A stretch of DNA of 41,509 nucleotides from Hyphochytrium catenoides (Eukaryota; Protista; Hyphochytriomycota): positions 1-41,509 of the forward strand of contig FLMG01003944.1 in the NCBI GenBank assembly GCA_900088475.1, written 5' to 3'. The notes under the pieces are model-generated. The model was not told the DNA's origin, did not search any database, and saw only the letters and a program-made list of their open reading frames with translations. Position numbers and translations under genes: made by a program. This document shows, piece by piece, positions 1 to 10,245 of the stretch (positions within the stretch are counted from its first letter, which is position 1; every line of letters starts with the position of its first letter).

Positions 1-766
1 ATATAGACTCATCGCCACAAGTCTTTGGCCTCTCACCCTGTCCATCATGGAAGTATGTATACGTTGCTTTGCAGCAAAAGCCTGACCTGGGAGAATATTT
101 TCCTCTCGCTGCTGGGGAACTACGATTCAAGTCGACGTATAAAAACTCCTCAAACTGACTGCCACTCTCATCTAAGACCTTCTGGGCCCACACATCTGAC
201 CATGTTGGCCTCAACCATGTTGACGACTGAAGGAATCGGCCCTGGCCATCCCGGTAAGCAACCTTCCCCACTCCCTTACCACCCGTCCGCAGCGGTACCT
301 GACTGCTCTCAAGGCATCGTGCGCATTTGTAGCGCTTCGTCCCACCACCTTTACTGGGGGGAGATAAACTCCCATCGCTTGTCCTTTCTCTTCAAGTAAC
401 GTGCATTAATGGTCAAGGCTGGCGAGACTCTGATCACATTCGCTGGTAGGAACAACGGTAATGTTTCCATATTTGCCTCCGGCCGCCCGGAGGGCTCTCT
501 TCCTTGTTCTGGGCGAATTCCCGCTTGCAGATATCCAGTGGTTCTTCTATGTCTACTGTCTCATCGTCACTTTGCAAGTTCCTCTCAGCACGGTTTCACC
601 TTGTGAGGGCGACGGGGCGATCTACAAAGATGTGATACGTGCTGTCTCCCCGTGGTGTTAAAGAGGCACGTGCCTCCGCGCGTTGCACTTCCACTCCAAG
701 CAAGACTGCTGATGGACCAAGAGCGAGGCCAACTATAATGGCCTTTGTCATCCTCCATCTCTTCAT
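1..766 (-). pseudogene. Disrupted paralogue of the Cys-rich surface-protein gene at 5324-6694 (runs off the window start)
   Basis: Manual minus-strand translation gives a signal-like MKRWRMTKAIIVGLALGPSAVLLG, then ERNLQSD..EEPLDICK..ITVVPTSECDQSL..EKGQAMGVYLPP..CARC..GGKGV..YRDGQ..WAQKVLDESGSQFEEFLY..GFCCKATYT. This is colinear with the intact gene (VVPISECDQSL, KGQAVGTYLPP, YRDGQ, KVLDDSGSRFEELLY, GFCCKATYT). Lesions: TGA at 596-598, +1 frameshift near 481, TAA at 406-408, -1 frameshift in the G-run at 356-361. Confidence 0.9.
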
Positions 767-1411
767 CCTCCTCTTTATCTTCAACGACTTGAAAAGCAAC
801 TGATTGTTGAATAATAGCCTGGTGGAGCAAGGCTGAGCAAATAGGAGAGTGGTGTGATATTGAGGTCGCTGTCCAAGGATGAACGTTGGACTCCGAAGCA
901 ATCCAAAGAGCTCACGTGCTGATGCCTTGCGGATAGGAAAGGAGGTGCTACTCTGAAGCGGAAATGACTTCTATCATCTCTCATCGGGTCACGTGTATCT
1001 CTAATAAGAGGAAATAACAGGCATCCGTCTTCCTAATAGAGCTGCGTGTCAGAGGAAAGAGTAGCGACGTGGCGCGACGAAGGGGAAATTATCTCCAAAT
1101 GTTGCCCGTCTTCGCCTTGGGCCCTTGTAAAACAGTAGAACCGTCTACTGCTACTGAACCTGCGTCCCTATAACAGTTGCGAACCTTTTCGGTTGGTAAC
1201 TTTCTAATAATATGTAAAGGATACTTGAACCCAATTCACCACACGGCCCCTACGAGTACTGCCGTAGTAAATTAGGAATAAATACAAAAATACCGTAGAA
1301 GACTAAAAGGCTTTTTGGTTGGAAAGTAGTGTAAAATGTGGAATCAGAAACCGTTTCTTTGAATTTATTACGGAAATAGGGAGTTGTTATTCAATTTTTA
1401 TATTCTTTTTA

Positions 1412-1560
1412 TGTAGCTCTCGTCTCCTCTTCATTTCTCTTCTTCTTCTTCTTCTTCTCCCTCTTGTTTCTCCCCCTTCTTCTCCTCCTTCTTCTCCTCC
1501 TCTTGTTCTAGTTCTTCTTTTACCTCCTTTTTACTTCTACTTCTTCTTCATAGTTATAGT
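1412..1560 (+). mobile_element. Short 3'-terminal fragment of the CRE-like retroelement
   Basis: Shares TGTAGCTCTCGTCTC, a (TCT)-rich tract and a TAGT-rich end with the 3' end of copy 1 (about 3374-3475). Confidence 0.5.
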
Positions 1561-2044
1561 GAGGCCTTAGCGGTAGCTATCAATGATCACAAAAAATAAG
1601 TCATTGAATGGAAGGACCAGCATAAACATTTGGGTTCGTAACTAGTGGATCAACAAAAAAGATGTGCACTTTCTCCACCGATCTCCGTAGAACTATCTTC
1701 ATGTATGTGAAAGACAATCTTAGTCAATCCTCCTGTGTCCTGCTCTGAACCTTCTTCTGTTGGGTCTACGTATTTAGTTATCCTTCATTCTTCACCACCA
1801 TTGGTGGTGATCTGCTCCTTTCGTCTCCTCGTTATAAAAAATCACGTTAGCGGAGGTCAAACGTAGAGGAAAAAAGCTAGCTCGGAAGGAGGACGACAGC
1901 CGCGAAGCAGATGATGGTGAACTTGGCAAGCCCAACAAGACAATGTGAAAGATTCAAAGCTGAGTCTGGGGAGAGGAGACAAGCCCGAGCGTCGCATCTA
2001 CTCTTATCAAGACGAGAGAGAACGGAAGAAGCATTATTTTATAA

Positions 2045-3475
2045 ATTTCCTATTGGGCCTTCTTCTGTCTCGGCTTTAATCTGGAAACAAGCTATCCTTA
2101 CCCATCCCCTGGGTGGCCTTGGTCTCGCTTCTGCTTCGTCCCTTGCAATCCGATTCCTGCTTCTTATCGATCTCGGTTCTGGTAGTGTCTCTGCCACTCT
2201 ATCTTCTAGTTGTTGCTCAGCTTCTTCTGCGTTTGCCAAGCGTCGAGGCTTACTCCCCTCTGTCGCTGATTGCCGAACTTCTCGATGCCTTCCTCTGGAA
2301 CGCCAACGACGTGCACGATGTGAAACTGTGTCAGTCCTCCCCTGAACTTTTTGCTCAGGACCTTCTGCTGCAACGATACCTGTCCCGACGATTTGTTTCA
2401 GTGACGGCTTCCATCAATGTTTGCCGTCTTCTACTGGCCTAGACTTGCGCTCAAAGGTTCGCTTGCGGGCTGTTTCCCTCCGGCACCACGGAGGGGCTTT
2501 CCTTCGGGCTGCCCCTAATTAAGCTCTGGTTGTAGTTGGGAGGTTTTTTCGACGTTAGTGTTTCGGGTGATGTTGTGGCCAAATCTAGTAGGTATAGCCT
2601 CTCGTGCGCACTCCAGCGTCTTGCCTGTCTTATGCCTGTCCAATGAATGCCTTTGGCCGATCATGGCATAGTCTGTCGTCGTGGCGGTGGTGGCGCTCAT
2701 CAACGTCACCGCCGTGTACAAGACCTTCTCTTTGAGATGCCTCCTGTCGGGGCTTCTGGTCTCAATGTCTCTCGTGAACGCCACCTTCTTCCGGGCTCCA
2801 ATCAGAAGCCTAGAGATTTGTTGGTTCGTGGATTTTCACCTTCCTATCAGTACTCGACCTTTGATGCGTCTGTCACGGATTCGCTGCAATCCAGAACCCT
2901 TCCTCATGCAGCAATCCATGCCGGCCATCATCAAGGTCGTTTGTCTGAAATAGCGAAGTCTGGTGGGAGTCTTATTCTTGTGGTGCTGCTATGCCCTACG
3001 TCTTGGACTGTGTGCAACAACAGCTGGTTAAGCTTCAGTGCGGTCGTGCCGCTCTTGAGGCTTCCCGTCGTCCTCTTGGTCATTGGTCCCGGTTGGCAAA
3101 AGGCTCTGCTGACTCTTCATCCAGAATCTCTTTCAGGATTCATGAAGAGAATGCGCTACAGATTCTGAAGCGTATATTCCTCTTCAGCAGCTGGACTCCC
3201 TTCTAGCTTGCATGATTGAGCGTGATGTTGCCTCGGTACCGCGCCCCCTTCGTCTTCTCCTCCTCCGTCTCCTATCATTATCGCCGACGAAGAAGAGTTC
3301 AACTATGATTCTTCTTCCTTTCCAAATGATGATGGTGGAGGAGGAGAACGTGCTGAAGAACAGTCCAAGACTCTGTAGCTCTCGTCTCGTGTCAATTTCT
3401 TCATCTTCTTCTTATTCTCCTCCTTCTTCTTCTTCTTGTTCTACTTCTTCTTAGTTGTTTATAGTAGTAGTAGCT
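2045..3475 (+). mobile_element. 5'-truncated, degenerate CRE-like non-LTR retrotransposon with restriction-like endonuclease (copy 1)
   Basis: Across frameshifts it encodes WKQAIL..GGLGLASA (post-RT motif WxQAxLPxxxGGLGL), RLRAVSLxHxGAFLRAAPN, Zn-knuckle C..C.MNAFG/DHGIVC..GG..RH, RLE core EHLLPG-like..QKPRDLL..FDASVTDSLQ..EIAK, and RISFRIHEENALQILKR. An acidic tail and (TAG)n follow. The RT core is absent. Confidence 0.85.
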
Positions 3476-3523
3476 TGAGCTGTCGCTTGGCCCGTGTTTT
3501 TCTTTTCCTTACAAGTATTACTT

Positions 3524-3590
3524 NNNNNNNNNNNNNNNNNNNNNNNNNNNNNNNNNNNNNNNNNNNNNNNNNNNNNNNNNNNNNNNNNNN
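3524..3590. other. Assembly gap (N run); others at 5616-5673, 21051-21111 and 32083-32142
   Basis: Runs of n in the sequence. Confidence 1.
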
Positions 3591-3864
3591 GGGGGGGGAC
3601 GTTTCCTTTCACTTAGTAGTGCTGCTTGCTTCTTGTCACTACGACTATAACTAAGAAGAAGAAGAAGTAGCAGAGGAAGAAGAAGGAGAAGGTATTATTT
3701 GCAATTAACTGTGAGCAGTTCATCTAAAGAAGAAGCCTTATAAAACAATCAGTAGTTTTACAAGTTGTATATCCTTGTTTTGCAAAGTTCAAACTACTCA
3801 TCAGCAAAATCTCAAACAAAACAGTAGTAGGAGGCGAAGTCTGCCACCAACAACAATGCCTTCC

Positions 3865-4870
3865 TGCTTGCGTTCTTCTTCTGCTGTCCTAGACTTGGGA
3901 TACTTGTCTCTCACACATGGGGGCTTTCCTTCGAACTGCTCCTAATTCCTTGGCTGCAGTTTGTTGATGGTTCGTCCCCTTGGTGTTCTCCCAGGAGGTG
4001 AATTTATGGTGGGGTTACTCTAACTAGGTATCCCTCTCGTTCTCCGGCGATCTGTAATAGATAATCTGTCCTTGTCTAATGTATGCCTTTGGAGACCATG
4101 CATGGGTTTGTCTGTCATCCTCCTGCTGGTGGTGCTCACCAGCGTCACCGTCCGTTAGATAGAGGAGACACCTTTTTCCTTCATGTTTTCGGGAGGAATC
4201 GGTCTTAAAGTCTTTTCGTGAACCTCCTCGTCACCTCCTTTGGGACTCCAGGTAGGAGCCTGAACATCTATTAGTTCGTGGTTTCTCCACCTCTGTTTAA
4301 CACACGGCCTTTGATGTGTCCATTACGGACTTCTTGCTGCTGCAATCCAGAAACCCTTCCTAATAAGCACCTCATGCCGGGTCGTTTGTCTGATAATACT
4401 TCCAGCAGGTTATTAAAGAAGTAAATACAAAGTTCGATGTTGTGAGGCTACTTATTATGCCCGGGGTCCGTGACTGTGTACAGCGGCTTGCGAGGATTTA
4501 TTCGACGATGTGCTCGTTCTTACTTGATGCCTCTCGGCATCATGGTCATTATTGTTTAGTCTCGTCTGGCGATCCATGCAGAAAATGCGCTTCAGAGTGA
4601 GAAATGTATTCAACCCAAGCAGCTGTTTGTGGGACCCTTCTTCTTCGTCGCTTGCCAATAGCACGGTAGAGAGTGATGATGGTCTTGGTTCTTCCTTTTC
4701 TTTCCCTCCTCTCCTACCTATTATTGTTATTGCTGCGGAGGGCAACTACTATGATCCTTTATTTTTTTGTGTTAATGTTGATGTTGGAGGGTGTAGAGTT
4801 GAAGAGATCCAGACTTCCTCGATTTTACTCTTCTTCTTCTTTATCCCTGCTATTTCTGAGTAGTAGTAGT
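3865..4870 (+). mobile_element. Degenerate CRE-like non-LTR retrotransposon (copy 2, more truncated)
   Basis: Colinear with copy 1 at nucleotide level (cctagacttg, ggggctttccttcg, gctgcaatccagaa, gtcgtttgtctga). Encodes ICPCLMYAFGDHAWVC (4064-4111), IHAENALQ, and the tail PIIVIAAEGNYYD..NVDVGG (copy 1: PIIIADEEEFNYD..NDDGGG). Ends in tagtagtagt at 4861-4870. Confidence 0.8.
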
Positions 4871-4889
4871 GAGAAGTCGTGATACTTGA

Positions 4890-5205
4890 TATCAAGTTAT
4901 TAAGAGATAGAACAAAAGCAATAGGAAGTACAAGAAGAGAACACGCTGCTGCCATCGAGAGCATGATGACTCCGACGTATCTGCTATCTGACCACCGTAC
5001 ATAGTACTCCATTCTTCTCCGGTGGTCTGCCAAAGGTACTGAATGCATGAACCCTATTTCACCTCTATCTTGCCAGGCACTCCTCCTGACTTCTTAGCAC
5101 TCTGCGACGGAGCGAGCAAGGAATAGAGCGAAAAGCTTGCCATCGTCGATTCTACTTCTTCTTAGACTTAATAGCGCACAAGCGTCATACTTAGGTATGT
5201 GCTTC
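4890..5205 (-). pseudogene. C-terminal fragment of a third, more divergent surface-protein paralogue
   Basis: One frame reads IPKYD-13 aa-DGKLF (intact gene: VPKYE-gap-DGNLY), has one TAA at 5094-5096, and ends in a hydrophobic tail MLSMAAACSLLVLPIAFVLSL. The motif match is short. Confidence 0.45.
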
Positions 5206-5323
5206 TTCGTCTTCTTCTGTCTCGCTTCCAGTGGCTAGTTGCCTAAAGCCGATTGTTGGTAGCTCTTCTCTACTTTTCCTTACCTTCTCAACATCTCATG
5301 ATGATGATGCCGAAATAGTATGA

Positions 5324-6694
5324 TTAGGCATTGGCCGTCAATGTAATGAACAGAGTTACCAGCATGAACGCATGAAGGCTGATACTACTTGATAGCCCGC
5401 CTCCAGAAGATGGTGGCGAGCCTTCCTTGTTGGTGGTGGCTCCTGCTTTATAGTCATAAACCGAGATTGTGACGTCGTCCACTGGTGGCCTCTCTTCCAC
5501 CCAAGACCCGTTCAGGAAGCAATATCTAAACTTCTGCTGGCGCGTACTACTACTGTACCAAACTCTAGGTCTGGCTAGTATCCCTTTGTACACCACCTCG
5601 TACAGATTGCCATCCNNNNNNNNNNNNNNNNNNNNNNNNNNNNNNNNNNNNNNNNNNNNNNNNNNNNNNNNNNACTCATACTTGGGGACGAAGCACTCTT
5701 CATAGCGGCCATCACAACCGGTACCATAGATAGCCCCTGGCGTGGCCCTACAGTCTGCTATACACTTATCATACAGCTGCCGTACATAGGAAGGCGAAAC
5801 GCCATAATTTTCTTCTCCAATCTCGTCACAGGTCTCCGGCTTCTCATTCTGTGCATCTGGAATAAGGCGTGTATAGGTTGCCTTGCAGCAGAAGCCGGCC
5901 TTCGCAGAGTACCTTTGCTCACTCAGATATGAAGACTCCCCTTCTTCATCGAAGTATAAGAGCTCTTCAAACCGACTTCCACTGTCGTCTAGAACTTTCA
6001 CAGCCCACATATTGGTCCATGACGGTTCACTCTCCGATGAGGACGGTTCTAAAAGCTGGACTTGGCCATCTCTGTAGGTAACCCACTGCACTCCTTTACC
6101 GCCTAACCCTAGCCATGCCTGATCTCCATTAGGGCATCGTCTGCATACGTGGTGCTGCTTCTTAGCACCATTCTGACCAGGGGGAAGATAAGTGCCCACT
6201 GCTTGTCCTTTGCTCTCAAGTGAAGCGCATTCCTCCTCAAACCTGCTCAGACTTTGATCACACTCGCTGATAGGAACAACACTGATGTCCGTGTAGAACC
6301 CTTCGTCGCCGGATTCAATGTCTTCCTTGGTAGGGCGGAACCAATCTTGGCACGCCTCCAATGGCTCTACTTTTGCTAGCACCACCGGATCACTCTTTAG
6401 TCCTCTCTTTGTGGAGTTCTTTGCGACGAGGTAGTCGGGATAGCGATGAAGAAGAGAGTAAGACTTCTCCCCCGTCATCATTTTTTTCGCTACGCTGTCC
6501 GCGGTAGTAAAGGAGGAGAGGGGATTATAGCCGACTTCGGTCGTCTTCCTGCTATCTTTTACTCCCACCCAAGAAGAAGAAGCACCGGCAGTCGCAGCTT
6601 GTGACTCGAGTAGCAAAGAAGAGAGCATCAAGGATGCAGCGGCAGCGCTAAGGCCTCCCAATAACATAGCATTTGTCCAGCTTTTCGTCCTCAT
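5324..6694 (-). CDS. Intronless secreted Cys-rich, putatively GPI-anchored surface protein of unknown family (about 456 aa)
   Basis: Long open frame. Start taken at MRTKSWTNAMLLGGLSAAAASLMLSSLLL (signal-like, matching the start of the paralogue at 1-766). About 14 Cys. C-terminus is a Ser/Gly-rich spacer (PPSSGGGLSSS) plus a hydrophobic end ISLHAFMLVTLFITLTANA with no cytosolic tail. N gap at 5616-5673. Confidence 0.85.
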   Translation of the reverse strand: MRTKSWTNAMLLGGLSAAAASLMLSSLLLESQAATAGASSSWVGVKDSRKTTEVGYNPLSSFTTADSVAKKMMTGEKSYSLLHRYPDYLVAKNSTKRGLKSDPVVLAKVEPLEACQDWFRPTKEDIESGDEGFYTDISVVPISECDQSLSRFEEECASLESKGQAVGTYLPPGQNGAKKQHHVCRRCPNGDQAWLGLGGKGVQWVTYRDGQVQLLEPSSSESEPSWTNMWAVKVLDDSGSRFEELLYFDEEGESSYLSEQRYSAKAGFCCKATYTRLIPDAQNEKPETCDEIGEENYGVSPSYVRQLYDKCIADCRATPGAIYGTGCDGRYEECFVPKYEXXXXXXXXXXXXXXXXXXXXDGNLYEVVYKGILARPRVWYSSSTRQQKFRYCFLNGSWVEERPPVDDVTISVYDYKAGATTNKEGSPPSSGGGLSSSISLHAFMLVTLFITLTANA

Positions 6695-7559
6695 CTTTCG
6701 TCTCTCTTCCTTGGTGGTCCTGCTCCGCTGCAGTAAGCAACAAGGCAAATGACGACCAGCAGCAATGACGACTAGCAAATTTAGATCGATTATGATAATG
6801 AGTAGTAGCGCAGGAGAGACGATTTTTAAAGTGAGGAGCATGCTCATCAGCAGCAGCAACTCAAGCATGCCTAGCTCATACAGATCATCACGCCCTGTTG
6901 TTTCCTCTACGCCACCCCACCACTTCACCTCCTGCTGCTTGTCTGCCATGTGGGGGGAGAAGACAGGATACATGTTGCTGGCTTCTTCTGGGTCTTTGTT
7001 CGACAATGACAAGAGATGGTACCCACGGTGATGGTCAGCTATGCTATTCAGACCAGGCAGCACGGTGCTCGTCACAGAGGAGAGAGGCACCAATATCCAC
7101 CACCTTCTCTCCCCGCCGCTCTTTCTCTCCCTGCTACTGGCTGTCGACCAGTCTTCTAGCCGTCACACCCGCCCGTTACTCCCTCAAGAGGTCTCCTACC
7201 GCCGTGATAAATTTATTGTAAGGATTCTATGTCACGCCCACTCATTCTTAGCCCCTTTACTTGGCCCTCCTCCCGTATAATAATAATATACTTTCCTTCA
7301 ACTTTTCAGCAGCGCAGGCTAGTTACCCCGCTCTATTACTATTGGACAAGCTCTAAACCCTGGTGACTCTATCGTGGAACAATGGGCATGCAACAACAAG
7401 GCCGGTGGTGGGCAGAGAGGTGGCCTAAAGGCCCACAAAGAACCACTTTATTTGGACGTCGATCTGTCCCACCTGAATTGAGGGAACAAGAGGAGGGTCT
7501 GTCTGTGCCTGTGGTGGTGGACATCCTTAATTAGCTTGTAGTTCACCACTTCTTTTTTG

Positions 7560-9400
7560 TGCAAGGCACTAGTTCTACTACTACTACAAGTACTACTCTT
7601 GCTGCTTTCTGAAGACAGCAGCAGCGGAGATGATAGCCTTTAGTAGGATGGTGGTGCTGTCATCATCTCGAAGACAAATCCTGATGATTGATGTTCGAGG
7701 AGGAAGTGGGCAGTGGTCTGCTGCTGCCACCTGCTGGTGGGTGTGCACAAGACCTTGCCACTAGTTCCCGCCGCAGATTGCAGATTGGGGTTGTTAGTTG
7801 TTGGAGCATGTGAGAGCTGGTGGTGATGAGAAGCAATCAGCAGGATTTTTGCCGTTCTTCTCTGTACCTAACGAGACGTGCACTACATAAAACTCAAAAG
7901 AGTTGGATGATGAGCGTCTTCGCGTCTTTTAAAAATAATATTTATCTGCTTTGGGAAATAAGATTAAGAGTGGTGCGGGGCGAGTCTCTAGCTCGCTGCG
8001 CTGCACTGTTGTCTGCGCTGGGTCAGGAGTAGTTCAATTCAGCACTCTACTACTACTAGGTTCTTCCTCCCCTCCTTCTTCCGCGTACACGTTAATCTGG
8101 CAGTAGTAGTACTACTTTTCTAGCTGACAACCTCCTCTTCTAGATTCTGGTGGCGACGACGGAAGGTGAAGAAGGTGTTATCCTATCGAGTATCTTTTGT
8201 CTGTCAAAGCAGCAGCGATGTCCCACCACGTAAGAAGGAGAAGATCCACGTACTTGCAACTCCGTGGTGAGATACTGCGATAGCAATCCTCCGTTCGAGA
8301 GGCTCTCGTCTCGAATGACCGGCGGCGGAACCGTGCCAGGCAGGAAAGAGGCTATCAGTCCAGCTAGCGCCGCCCCGGAATAGCGTGGGTGACGCCAACC
8401 CTTTCAAAGAAGGTGGTCCGAAAGATCTACTAGTAGTCATCTACTAGTAGTCGATACTAATCAACAACAACAACCCCTTTTCTTCCGTCATTGACGAAGA
8501 AAGAAGGACGCCTACAGAAGGTAGGAGCTTGTGCGTAACGATCGTCCGTACAGAAGAAGTAATAAGAAGAACAGCAACCCACTTCCACCGAAAGGGTGAT
8601 GAGGATTAGCCATCGAAGATCTGACGATGCTTTTGCGGGCCCCGTCGACAGACGACGACGAAAGCCGTGCGTCATCATCTAGTCCTGTCAATCATCATCT
8701 TGAAGAGCCCGTCGACGATAGGTTGGCTTCTTATGGTAATATGAGGGGTGGTCAGAGCTAGCTCGTCTAATCCTCTTCTCCCAGCCGCCTTATACCGCCT
8801 ATTCTATTGTTGTCCTCCCTTTTCTCTGGAGCTGATTGTTCTTAGTAACGCCTCTTAAAGTTATTTGGATGATTGCCTGTTGTCGCAGCATCAATGGGGT
8901 TGCTTGCTGTTGTGGGGATCTCTTGTTTGATTGTCGTCCTGAAGATAATAGTAGTAGTACTTGCTCCATAAATAATAGAAGAAGAGGAGAAGAGTAGTGC
9001 ACAAGAGCAGCCGCCGCCTCTTCTTCTTCTTGCTGCTACTTCTAGTAGCAGGCAGCAGCAGCAGGAGGACTTTTTTTGATTCATACGAGAGAATAAGAAA
9101 AGGTGGTTGACAGCGAGCAGAGAAGAAGACTCCTCCAGCAGCAAAGATGATGATGATGATGATGATAAAAAATGGGGAAGGATGCTGCACTGACTGTGGA
9201 CAAGGAGGAGGGCGAAGCAGAAGGAGCTGAGATGATGACGAAGAGGAGAGTTAAGAGCATGTGGCGCCACATCATGCATGCAGGCCATGAAGCCTTCCAA
9301 GATGATGATGATGCGCGGCAGCTGTAAGAAGAAATGATAGGCGATGATGATGGTGCTGCGGCGATGAGTGATTGATTGATGATGGTAGGGCTGTTGACAA
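7560..9400. repeat. Low-complexity region with (TAG/CTA)n, (GAT)n, (GCA)n and (GAA)n tracts
   Basis: Examples: ctactactactac near 7575, gatgatgatgatgatgat near 9147, gcagcagcagcag near 9052, and tandem ATCTACTAGTAGTC x2 at 8425-8452. No convincing CDS. Confidence 0.6.
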
Positions 9401-10245
9401 GAAGCAGACCATCAGGGAAATGTATGACCCATGCTTTTTGAAAGTAAAGTTGCGAGAAGCCTTCAAGAATTATTCATTTCTTTCGGTGGTTCACCTGCAG
9501 TCATATTCCAATCTCTATGATAACAATACCTGAAAGCTTTCAACTGAAACATTACAACTAATTATTCCTCATATCACATATTACTATCCTTTATATAATA
9601 AGCTGAATTTCAAATAAAAGGAGACCGTGTGACACCAGGGGGTGCCGCCACCTACCCTATGTGGCCCCCGTAAGCCCCCCTAACTCTGGCTGCTCTAATT
9701 TTCTCTATGTCCCCAGGGCTCCAAGTTGAGTACCCATTTACTCCCTTGGGCGAAAAAAAGCTGTGTGTGTGTTTGTCCGTAGCCCAGCCAACACAACCAC
9801 ACCACGATTCGTTTTTGCCTTTCATCACTGATCACCTCCAGAGCCTTGCCCGTTGCGCAGCGTCGTCGGTCTTCAGCTGGTCCATTGCCTCTTGGCGGTG
9901 CTTCGTCTCTCTCGCGCTCACTTGCTGAGCGTTGTTTCACTTCTGCCCTAGCCGGGTTGGATGTCTGCTTGTCTCCTTACGGCTGTGCACCACCCTATGA
10001 CGGGTTGAAGGACAAGCTCTCCACCTTTGAGAGCAGACTTCCAGTGACATTTGCGGACCGTAGCGGTACCCAGCACGTAAGGACACTGCTACCTGGACTG
10101 CTAAGCATAAATCCAGCTTCGTCGAGTAGGGACCGCGAGTGCTGCGGATGTTTCGCTGGTGCCTTTCGTGTCCTCAGTGATACGTCGTTGATTTCTTCTG
10201 TGCTTTGTTTTATCTTGTTCCCTGTTTGAGAGCGGGTGGAGCAAG

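Noticed and set aside
1792-1810. Perfect 9-bp inverted repeat TCACCACCA-T-TGGTGGTGA
   Set aside because: Isolated and built from CCA/TGG triplets, with no terminator, Helitron or MITE context.
6695-7093. First 133 codons of the 589-aa ORF
   Set aside because: GTG start and low-complexity sequence. The paralogue begins at the equivalent of Met 6694, which carries the signal-like peptide.
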